Of a stretch of 64,000 bases of DNA, positions 1 through 7,504 are shown one piece after another. The stretch lies in IMG/VR virus record IMGVR_UViG_3300020576_002141, positions 1 to 64,000 of that record. The stretch is one strand, 5' to 3'. The notes below the pieces were generated by a model, which saw only the letters and a list, made by a program, of their open reading frames with translations, was not told where the DNA came from and did not search any database. The DNA is from a virus. Taxonomy: Duplodnaviria > Caudoviricetes. The position numbers and the translations under genes were made by a program. Each line of letters starts with the position of its first letter. The stretch's first letter is position 1.

Positions 1-681
1 GATAAGGATATAAACGAAGGTTCCCGTTCGCCAGCCAGAAAGATTCGTCAGCAAAAGGGAATCGATAAAGCCAATGGCGGCGATCCATTTTTAGATGCTC
101 CTATAAAGACAGCCAAAGGAAAAACTGGATCCGGTGGTACTTATCCATATGCTAGTCAGAGTGCAAAGGTTAGAGATTCTTTGAGTAGATATTCTGCTAG
201 GTTAGCTAAGGAAGCCTATAACCAGAAGTATCCTGGATGGGATAGAATCACTTCCACGGTTACTCCTCGTGACGAGAAGCAAGCCAAAATAGACGCCAAG
301 AATGCGGAAGACAAGAAGGCTTCAGCAAAGAAGACTTATTCCAAAGCCGTCATAAACTATATGAAAGCTCAAGGAAAGAACCCAGATGGGACTCCTATAA
401 AAGAAACAAGTGACGATACAGTAAAGAACTATGCTGCTCAAGCCAAAAAACCAACTCCTGCTCTTTTAAGCAGAGACAAATTTCTAAAGAAAACGTCTTC
501 CTTGCTGTCCCGTTCTGATATAGACGATGTACCAGAAGAACCAAAAGCTTCAAAGAAAATTAAAACCCGTGCTTATGGGCATACGGTAACTCAAAGAAGA
601 GAAGGTGAAGGAGTTACGCAAGACATGATAAAAGCTGCTCAGGCCAGATTCCAAGCCAGACTTGCCGCCAAGAAGAAATGA
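1..681 (+). CDS. Lys/Arg-rich hypothetical protein, 5'-truncated (frame is open from base 1); possible internal head protein
   Basis: Frame 1 has no stop from base 1 to TGA at 679-681. The protein is basic and low-complexity, and the stop overlaps the next ATG (ATGA). Confidence 0.7.
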   Translation, partial: DKDINEGSRSPARKIRQQKGIDKANGGDPFLDAPIKTAKGKTGSGGTYPYASQSAKVRDSLSRYSARLAKEAYNQKYPGWDRITSTVTPRDEKQAKIDAKNAEDKKASAKKTYSKAVINYMKAQGKNPDGTPIKETSDDTVKNYAAQAKKPTPALLSRDKFLKKTSSLLSRSDIDDVPEEPKASKKIKTRAYGHTVTQRREGEGVTQDMIKAAQARFQARLAAKKK

Positions 682-1823
682 AAAAGAGTAAAAGAAACAA
701 GAAGGTAATCTCTAGAGAAAATTTTCCGCCAACTTATCCTTTCACACGATTGGATCCTATGGCCGAAAGGATGGTACATTTGCTTTCATTCAAAGATTTT
801 ATACAAGAATCAACAGCCAAAACATATAGAGGGTCCTTTTCCAAGAAAATTTCTCCAGAAAAAAGAAATATATTAAACGCCAAGCTTAAGCATAAAATAG
901 CCAACGGAGAATATAGAGCCGTTGTTGGTTCGGGGGAAATGCCTCATACTCTAGCAATGCGAGGATGGAAGAAATCGCATCCAAATTGGCACTACAAGGA
1001 AGCCTGGAGTCCTTTGATTCCATCTGGACCAAATGCTCCAAAATCTCAATACAGCAAGCTTCCATCTGTTCCTGTGAAAAAACCAAGAGAAACTAAACTA
1101 GGAACATACGGAAAAGCAATAAACAAAACTTCTGTAGATCCTGTAAAAGTAAACCTCGGTATGGAAGCAGAAAAGAAAAGGGATGCTGAAAGAAATGCGG
1201 CTCGTTTGAAAGCTGCTGGTGGACTAGGAAGATTGTTTACTAAAGAAGATACTACACTCAAGACAAGAGAAGACCAATATAAGTCTTATCAAAGAAAGCT
1301 GGACAAAGAAACCAATAGATTCTTGGTCAGAACCGGGCAAGAAGCCGAGAAGATGGGATTGTCAAAGAAAGGTGTTCGTAAAGTATTAACCAAGTTTAGC
1401 CAAGAACGCGACATGGAAAACCATGATGCTCCTAAGTCTGATAGTCCTAGAGTAAATCGGATACACAAATGGGGAAGAAAGACTGCTTCTAAAGCTAACG
1501 CGTTCCGGGCACAGCACCACGATCAAGTCAAGAAAATGTTGAAGGTTCCTGGATATGGACAACAAGCAGAAGGATTTAATCTAAAGGCCAAGCATAAGAA
1601 TCCTAAGGGTGGTTTGAATGCTGCTGGTCGTAGTGCTTATAATAAAGCAACTGGATCTAATTTGAAACCACCGGCTCCGCATCCGAAGACAAAGAAAGAT
1701 GCTGGAAGAAGAAAATCTTTCTGTGCCAGAATGTCTGGAATGAAAAAGAGACTTACTTCTGCTAAGACTGCCAGAGATCCAGATAGTCGTATAAATAAAT
1801 CGCTTAGAGCTTGGAATTGCTAA
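678..1823 (+). CDS. Basic virion-associated hypothetical protein with a C-terminal DUF6321-like domain
   Basis: The C-terminus KNPKGGLNAAGR...RRKSFCARMSGMKKRLTSAKTARDPDSRINKSLRAWNC matches a motif I recognise from T4-like environmental phages. It also has an internal LSFKDFIQES motif. Confidence 0.7.
   Translation: MKKSKRNKKVISRENFPPTYPFTRLDPMAERMVHLLSFKDFIQESTAKTYRGSFSKKISPEKRNILNAKLKHKIANGEYRAVVGSGEMPHTLAMRGWKKSHPNWHYKEAWSPLIPSGPNAPKSQYSKLPSVPVKKPRETKLGTYGKAINKTSVDPVKVNLGMEAEKKRDAERNAARLKAAGGLGRLFTKEDTTLKTREDQYKSYQRKLDKETNRFLVRTGQEAEKMGLSKKGVRKVLTKFSQERDMENHDAPKSDSPRVNRIHKWGRKTASKANAFRAQHHDQVKKMLKVPGYGQQAEGFNLKAKHKNPKGGLNAAGRSAYNKATGSNLKPPAPHPKTKKDAGRRKSFCARMSGMKKRLTSAKTARDPDSRINKSLRAWNC
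1790..1797 (+). promoter_or_regulatory. T4-type late promoter TATAAATA
   Basis: Exact T4 gp55 consensus about 40 nt upstream of the small ORF at 1839. Confidence 0.6.
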
Positions 1824-1838
1824 CAAAGGAGATTTTGA

Positions 1839-2003
1839 ATGTTTTTACTAGGATTTGCTTCTGGATTTGCCACAGGCGCTTTGCTTGTTGTTTTCTTTGC
1901 TCGTAGAAATCTAAACACCCTAAAGAAGGGTTCTGATACTCTACATACAGCTACGGATAATATTGCTACAAAAATCAAGCAAGAAGTTGACAAACGCAAG
2001 TAA
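1839..2003 (+). CDS. Small membrane-anchored protein, 54 aa (absent from the supplied ORF track)
   Basis: AGGAG RBS, then ATG. Translation MFLLGFASGFATGALLVVFFARRNLNTLKKG...VDKRK* gives an N-terminal hydrophobic helix and a basic tail. Confidence 0.7.
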   Translation: MFLLGFASGFATGALLVVFFARRNLNTLKKGSDTLHTATDNIATKIKQEVDKRK

Positions 2004-2015
2004 GCGTGCTATACT
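1987..2015 (+). promoter_or_regulatory. Sigma70-type early promoter for the gp45 operon
   Basis: TTGACA (1987-1992), 17-nt spacer, TATACT (2010-2015), with a TG extended -10. Confidence 0.8.
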
Positions 2016-2054
2016 TACATGATTGAATATATTATTTACTTTTGAGGAGTTATT

Positions 2055-2735
2055 ATGAAGATTAGTGCGAACACGTTGGCTATTTTAAAGAACTTTAGCA
2101 AGATAAACTCAAACTTCATTGTGAAGCCAGGAAATGTTCTCAAGACGATTTCCGGAAGTCAGTCTATCTATGCTGAGGCTACAGTAGCCGAGAATTTTCC
2201 GGTTGAGTTTTCTATCTTTGATTTGAATAGGTTCTTGGCTTCCATTAGCTTATTCAAGGGGAAAGACCCGGATTTGAATTTTGATACCAAGATGGTGGAT
2301 ATTTCTTCTGGTGGGTCTTCTATCAGATATTGCTATTCTGATCCTGTCTTGACGAAAGATTTCGCAAAGAATCTTCCCAAGACAATAAACGCACCACAAC
2401 CAGATTATGAGTTTATTCTGAGCGACAAGGACTTTGCTTCCTTGTCAGATGCTGCTTCGGTGATGAGCCTTCCTGACTTAATCCTGGAAGCCACGACTGA
2501 TGGTGTATTCCTTCGGTTGGTAGATAAGAAGGATAAAAACTCTAACATGTATACCATCAGAGTTGGTGATAATACTAAGAATTTTACATTCAAGATGATT
2601 TTCAAGATGGAAAATATCTGTATTATGCCAGGCTCGTATACTGTAAGAATCAGCAAGAAGAAGGTCAGCGAGTTCCTAAATAAAGATGGGTCTATCAAAT
2701 ACTTCATCTCTATGGAACACGACAGCACTTGGTAA
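2055..2735 (+). CDS. gp45: Sliding clamp, T4 gp45 family
   Basis: MKISANTLAILKNFSKINSNFIVKPGN...EFSIFDLNRFL; sits in gp45-gp44-gp62-regA synteny. Confidence 0.95.
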   Translation: MKISANTLAILKNFSKINSNFIVKPGNVLKTISGSQSIYAEATVAENFPVEFSIFDLNRFLASISLFKGKDPDLNFDTKMVDISSGGSSIRYCYSDPVLTKDFAKNLPKTINAPQPDYEFILSDKDFASLSDAASVMSLPDLILEATTDGVFLRLVDKKDKNSNMYTIRVGDNTKNFTFKMIFKMENICIMPGSYTVRISKKKVSEFLNKDGSIKYFISMEHDSTW

Positions 2736-2762
2736 ATATTTCTTTTAAGACGGGAGCTTTAA

Positions 2763-3710
2763 ATGAGTGAACGAGAGTTTCTGTTCGTGGAGAAATATAG
2801 GCCCTCTTCGGTCGATGATTGTATTCTTCCTAGTACACTAAAGAAAACTTTCAAGGATATACTTAAGAATGGCGACCTCCCTAATATGATTTTTGCTGGA
2901 GGTCCTGGATGTGGAAAAACTACGGTTGCTAGAGCTATTGCTTCTGAGCTTGGAATAGATGTATTGTTTATCAATGCTTCAGAACATGGCAACATAGATA
3001 CTCTTAGAACCACTATCAGAAACTTCGCAAGTACTATTTCTTTGTCTGGCGAAAAGCCATACAAACTAGTAATACTTGACGAAGGCGATAATCTAAATCC
3101 ACAATCTTTCCAGCCAGCTTTGAGAGGATTCATTGAAGAGTTTGCTAAGAACTGCCGTTTTATTATTACTTGTAACTTCAAGAACAAGATTATTGAGGCT
3201 ATTCAATCTAGATGTCCTGTCATAGATTTTGTTATTCCGGTAAAGGAAAGAAGTAGATTAGCTTCTCAGATGTTAAAGAGAGTCATATCTATTCTGGATA
3301 ACGAAAGTATTAAATACGACGAACAGGTTCTGGTTGAGTTAATAAAGCGTCATTTTCCAGATTATCGAAGAATACTCGGAGAGATTCAGACCTATTCTCT
3401 TTCCGGTGAAATCGACAGCGGAATACTAGCAAAGCATAGCGATGTACAGGTAAAAGACTTGGTTGACCACATGAAAGCCAAGAATTTTACGGAAGTTAGA
3501 AAATGGGTTGCGCTGCACGTTGACATGGATCCAGCCCTGTTTTTCAGAAAGCTCTACGAGGGTCTAAACGAGTACGTTGACAAATCCAGTATTCCACAGA
3601 TGGTATTGATACTAGCTGAATATCAATATAAACTTTCTTTCTCTGCTGACGCTGAAATTTGTTTAGCAGCTTGCATGGTAGAGATAATGTTGAGCGTCAG
3701 TTTCAAATAA
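2763..3710 (+). CDS. gp44: Clamp loader large subunit (AAA+)
   Basis: FVEKYRP, Walker A GGPGCGKTT, VILDEGD and SRC motifs. Confidence 0.97.
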   Translation: MSEREFLFVEKYRPSSVDDCILPSTLKKTFKDILKNGDLPNMIFAGGPGCGKTTVARAIASELGIDVLFINASEHGNIDTLRTTIRNFASTISLSGEKPYKLVILDEGDNLNPQSFQPALRGFIEEFAKNCRFIITCNFKNKIIEAIQSRCPVIDFVIPVKERSRLASQMLKRVISILDNESIKYDEQVLVELIKRHFPDYRRILGEIQTYSLSGEIDSGILAKHSDVQVKDLVDHMKAKNFTEVRKWVALHVDMDPALFFRKLYEGLNEYVDKSSIPQMVLILAEYQYKLSFSADAEICLAACMVEIMLSVSFK

Positions 3711-3721
3711 ATACCATTACT

Positions 3722-4486
3722 ATGAATAATAAAACTTCAGCAAACGACCTATCTTTAAGTATTCATAAAATATACAAGAAGTATAATATGAAGGAGTACT
3801 ATAAAGAATATTGTACATTGATGTCGGAATATGCTTCTAAAGAAGTAAGTGACAAACTGCACGCTTGCATGGTTGAAAATAACAACTTAATGGGAATCCA
3901 TAGTATTGTTAAAGATTTCATAAATGGTACAACCTTGTCTGATGAGCTGGCTCAAGAGTTTATAGACAGGGCCGCGTTGATACAAACTCGTTATCCTTTT
4001 TTGGATTACTGTAAGGAATGTATTGTACTTAGAAGAAAATTCCTGAACGAGAGATCTGATTACTTCTACAATACCATACAATCTCTAAAGATAGTCAAGG
4101 AATCCCCAAATGAGGAAGCAAACGATGCCTATTCTTTTCAAGATGCCCTCCTTGCTAAATGGATAGATAACTCTATAAAAAAGACCTATCCAAAAGGAAT
4201 GCAAATCAAATATGAAGATTTGACTGGAAAGATAAACACAATATATGCTATTCATAAAGAATCTACATTTGACACAGAATTTTCAGAAGCTCAACTTATA
4301 GACAGATATTCTGGAATATGTTTATTCGATTCGTTTCTTCTTCATTCTTTTTACGACACGCTGACCCATAAGTGGGTATATGTACCACTGGCTCTAATAA
4401 TCGATATGAAATCGGATTATATTACGGAGTTATTGGAAAGCATGAAAGAAGAAACAACAGAAGAAGAAGATGAAGGAACAGTATGA
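3722..4486 (+). CDS. Hypothetical protein inserted between gp44 and gp62; C-terminus weakly WYL/SH3-like
   Basis: Long ORF; likely ATG at 3722, 8 nt after TAAATA (3708-3713). Its stop overlaps the gp62 start. Confidence 0.75.
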   Translation: MNNKTSANDLSLSIHKIYKKYNMKEYYKEYCTLMSEYASKEVSDKLHACMVENNNLMGIHSIVKDFINGTTLSDELAQEFIDRAALIQTRYPFLDYCKECIVLRRKFLNERSDYFYNTIQSLKIVKESPNEEANDAYSFQDALLAKWIDNSIKKTYPKGMQIKYEDLTGKINTIYAIHKESTFDTEFSEAQLIDRYSGICLFDSFLLHSFYDTLTHKWVYVPLALIIDMKSDYITELLESMKEETTEEEDEGTV

Positions 4487-4875
4487 ATCCATTTGATTTT
4501 GTAAATAGTGTTAATGTCTCTAAAGAAAATGTTATAGAAAGAAATCCTGAATGTGAGAAAGATTACATACCATATTTAATAAATAAAGCTATGTCTTATT
4601 TTCCTGATACGGTATTCTATTCTCAACAAATGAATGAAAATTCTCATATAGATAAGAGACTACAGTATGAGTATTTTCTAAATTCGGTTTCAAAGAAACC
4701 AAGATTCAGTAAATGGGCAAAGGTAGAAAAACAAGAAATACTGGAATGTATTAAACGAAGATACCATTATAGTGACACCAAAGCCAGAGAAGCCATAAAG
4801 TGCCTTACTGAAGATCAGATAAAAGAGATACTAGCTGCGGAAATGACTGCGGATGGTAGTTTCGAAATGGCATAA
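4483..4875 (+). CDS. gp62: Clamp loader small subunit
   Basis: MNPFDFVNSVN...DYIPYLINKAMSYFPDTVFY...KKPRFSKWAK. Confidence 0.93.
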   Translation: MNPFDFVNSVNVSKENVIERNPECEKDYIPYLINKAMSYFPDTVFYSQQMNENSHIDKRLQYEYFLNSVSKKPRFSKWAKVEKQEILECIKRRYHYSDTKAREAIKCLTEDQIKEILAAEMTADGSFEMA

Positions 4876-4906
4876 ATAATCTTATATATTTTATAGGATT
4901 ACTATT

Positions 4907-5335
4907 ATGCCTAATGATGAAATAAAGTTTGGAGGCTTAGAAAGCCTCGTCGAAGTGCTTCTGACAGATCCTCAAAATTTTCTAAAGATAAAAGAAACTC
5001 TTACAAGAATAGGTATAGCGTCCAAGAAGGAAAAAAAGTTATATCAGTCTTGCCATATCCTGCATAAAAAGGGTAAGTTTTATATAGTTCATTTTAAGGA
5101 GTTGTTCGGGTTAGACGGGCACGCTATTACGTTTGATGAAGACGATTTAGCTAGAAGAAATACTATTGCTAACTTACTGGAAGATTGGGGTCTTGTTTCC
5201 ATTGTGGATCAAACCAAGACAGATGAACCAGTATGCCTGATGTCTGAAATAAAAGTTATTAAACATGCGGAGAAATCCGAATGGATATTAGAGCAAAAGT
5301 ATGCTATAGGTAAAAACTTCAAGAAATCTACGTAA
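4907..5335 (+). CDS. regA: Translational repressor RegA
   Basis: FLKIKETLTRIGIASKKEKKLYQSCHILHKKGKFYIVHFKELFGLDG. Confidence 0.97.
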   Translation: MPNDEIKFGGLESLVEVLLTDPQNFLKIKETLTRIGIASKKEKKLYQSCHILHKKGKFYIVHFKELFGLDGHAITFDEDDLARRNTIANLLEDWGLVSIVDQTKTDEPVCLMSEIKVIKHAEKSEWILEQKYAIGKNFKKST

Positions 5336-5347
5336 TAGGACTACAAC

Positions 5348-6070
5348 ATGCTAAATGATTTTACTTTGGGTGATAGTGTTGAGTTGATGAAAAATGTAGT
5401 TGATAATAGCGTGAACCTTATTTGGTCGGATCCACCATTTAATACTGGAACTGTTCAAAAGCATTCGGCTGGTAACTCTTACTCCGATAAGCACACAGAT
5501 TATGCCTCGCTGATGGATAATATAGCAAGAGAATCATATAGAGTTTTATCACCTACTGGTTCTCTTGTTATGTTATTGGATTATAGAGCCGTGCATGATG
5601 TTAAGGTTATACTAGATAAACATTTTACTTCAGAAAACTTCAGAGGAGAAATAATATGGCTGAGCGAGTTAGGAAATATTTCAAAGAAATCATGGACCGT
5701 AAAACACTGTACTATGTTGTGGTATACGAAGACTGATAAGTATAAGTTTCATGCGGACAAAGTTCCTACAGTTATTAGGAAGGCAAAGAAAAAGGGATAC
5801 CCAGACACGAAGCCAATAACTTCCGTTTGGGATTTTACTTTATCCAACACAGACCCCGAACGAGTAGATTATCCAAACCAGAAACCACTTACTATAATAG
5901 AGCCATTCATTGATGTACATACTGATGTCGGCGATTGTGTTCTGGATTATTTTTCAGGATCTGGATCTACAGCAGTGGCGGCGAAAAAACTAGGAAGAAA
6001 CTTTATTGCTTTTGATAAAAACCCTCAAGCAATCGAAATAGGAAAACTTAGAATAAAGGATATATTATGA
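5348..6070 (+). CDS. Orphan N6-adenine/N4-cytosine DNA methyltransferase (beta-class order)
   Basis: N-terminal catalytic DPPF motif, YPNQKP, and C-terminal SAM-binding VLDYFSGSGST. Confidence 0.92.
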   Translation: MLNDFTLGDSVELMKNVVDNSVNLIWSDPPFNTGTVQKHSAGNSYSDKHTDYASLMDNIARESYRVLSPTGSLVMLLDYRAVHDVKVILDKHFTSENFRGEIIWLSELGNISKKSWTVKHCTMLWYTKTDKYKFHADKVPTVIRKAKKKGYPDTKPITSVWDFTLSNTDPERVDYPNQKPLTIIEPFIDVHTDVGDCVLDYFSGSGSTAVAAKKLGRNFIAFDKNPQAIEIGKLRIKDIL

Positions 6071-6603
6071 CATTGAGTTTGAAGTATTATAAGATGTTTG
6101 GTGATGTTCGAGATTTGGAGTTTGCTACACCCGGATCAGCTTGCTTTGATGTAAGAGCCTATTTCGGGCATAGTAAATCACATATAGTTACTGTGTATAC
6201 CAAGGACAATGTAGAAGTAAACTACATGGCAACGAAAAGAACCCATACAGATACTCATAATCAGTTGATTCTTTCTCCTGGTGATAGAGCTTTGGTTCCA
6301 ACTGGTATTATACTGGATATTCCAGAAGGTTACTCCGTGAGAGGGCATCCAAGATCCGGATTATCTCTAAAGCAAGGTCTTACCCTAGCAAATTGCGAAG
6401 CTGTTATAGATTGGGATTACACTAAGCAGTTGTATATTCTAATAATGAACACCTCTTCTGTTCCAGTGACAATTTCACACGAAGATCGTATCGCTCAGCT
6501 TGAAATGAGTAAAGTACTGTGCTATAATATAGAAGCAAGAGATTCGGCCCCTGATGTAAAAACATCAAGAGTCGGAGGACTTGGTAGCACAGGAGTAAAA
6601 TAA
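6067..6603 (+). CDS. dut: Trimeric dUTPase
   Basis: ATPGSACFD, PRSGLS, VIDWDY, DRIAQL and RVGGLGSTG motifs. Confidence 0.95.
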   Translation: MTLSLKYYKMFGDVRDLEFATPGSACFDVRAYFGHSKSHIVTVYTKDNVEVNYMATKRTHTDTHNQLILSPGDRALVPTGIILDIPEGYSVRGHPRSGLSLKQGLTLANCEAVIDWDYTKQLYILIMNTSSVPVTISHEDRIAQLEMSKVLCYNIEARDSAPDVKTSRVGGLGSTGVK

Positions 6604-7242
6604 ATGAACAAGTTGGTGATTCTGACAGGTAAAGCCAGGGCTGGCAAAGATACTTCATTGATACATCTACAGTATTTGCTTCATCTCAAGTATAATAGGA
6701 TAGTACAATCCTTGCACTTCGCAGCTCCTCTTAAGAAATTTTGTATGGAAGTCCTGGGATTATCCTACAATCATTGTTACGGTGATACGCATGAAAAGAA
6801 TGCGGAAACCCATATACTCTGGGATAACGTGCCTATTCCTAATGAAGTCAAAGAGAAGTATCGAAGAGAAAATAACAGCATAGGAAAATACTTGACTGGC
6901 AGAGAAGTCATGGAGATCTTTGGGTCTTATATTTGCCGTCAAATGTTTTCTGAATGTTGGGCAAAGGCTGCTGAAATAGAATACATCAAGAACATGAGCG
7001 TTTCTAATCTCCAATTTTTTATAACCGATTGTAGATTTCCAAACGAAATCGAAGTGTTCAAAAAATATGATCCTCTGATCATACGTCTTTCTAGAAACAC
7101 CGAAAATAGACAAGCCGTTTCAGAGACTTCACTTGACACCTTCGATTGGTCGAGCTATAATACTATACATATAGATAATCAAAATATGACTCTAGAAGAA
7201 AGAAATAAAGTCCTAGAGGAAATAGTATTACCAAGGTTGTAA
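6604..7242 (+). CDS. dNMP kinase (T4 gp1-like)
   Basis: P-loop LTGKARAGKDT, HFAAPLK, and ITDCRFPNE. Confidence 0.9.
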   Translation: MNKLVILTGKARAGKDTSLIHLQYLLHLKYNRIVQSLHFAAPLKKFCMEVLGLSYNHCYGDTHEKNAETHILWDNVPIPNEVKEKYRRENNSIGKYLTGREVMEIFGSYICRQMFSECWAKAAEIEYIKNMSVSNLQFFITDCRFPNEIEVFKKYDPLIIRLSRNTENRQAVSETSLDTFDWSSYNTIHIDNQNMTLEERNKVLEEIVLPRL

Positions 7243-7243
7243 A

Positions 7244-7504
7244 ATGAGATTTTCACATATCAGCGAAATGGTTGCCTCTTTAGGTATTTTCCAATACATA
7301 AAGAATAGGTACTATGAGTTATCCCCTACGACTAAGAAAATAGCCAAGTATATCCTATATACTTCGGCTATATTTCTTGGAGTAATTTGGCTCATATGGA
7401 ATCTCTTTGAGATAATTTTAGAACTGCTAGGAATGTTAGCTAGAAACATCTTTGTTGTTTTGTTTGTTATATTGTTGATCGTGTTATTTGTGAACAATCT
7501 ATGA
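7244..7504 (+). CDS. Small hydrophobic membrane protein
   Basis: Two hydrophobic segments; fills the gap and is coupled to the gp43 start. Confidence 0.6.
   Translation: MRFSHISEMVASLGIFQYIKNRYYELSPTTKKIAKYILYTSAIFLGVIWLIWNLFEIILELLGMLARNIFVVLFVILLIVLFVNNL

Noticed and set aside
1-3000. Apparent abundance of GATC sites as the methyltransferase target
   Set aside because: A rough manual count in the first 3 kb did not exceed expectation for the base composition; a proper k-mer analysis would be needed.
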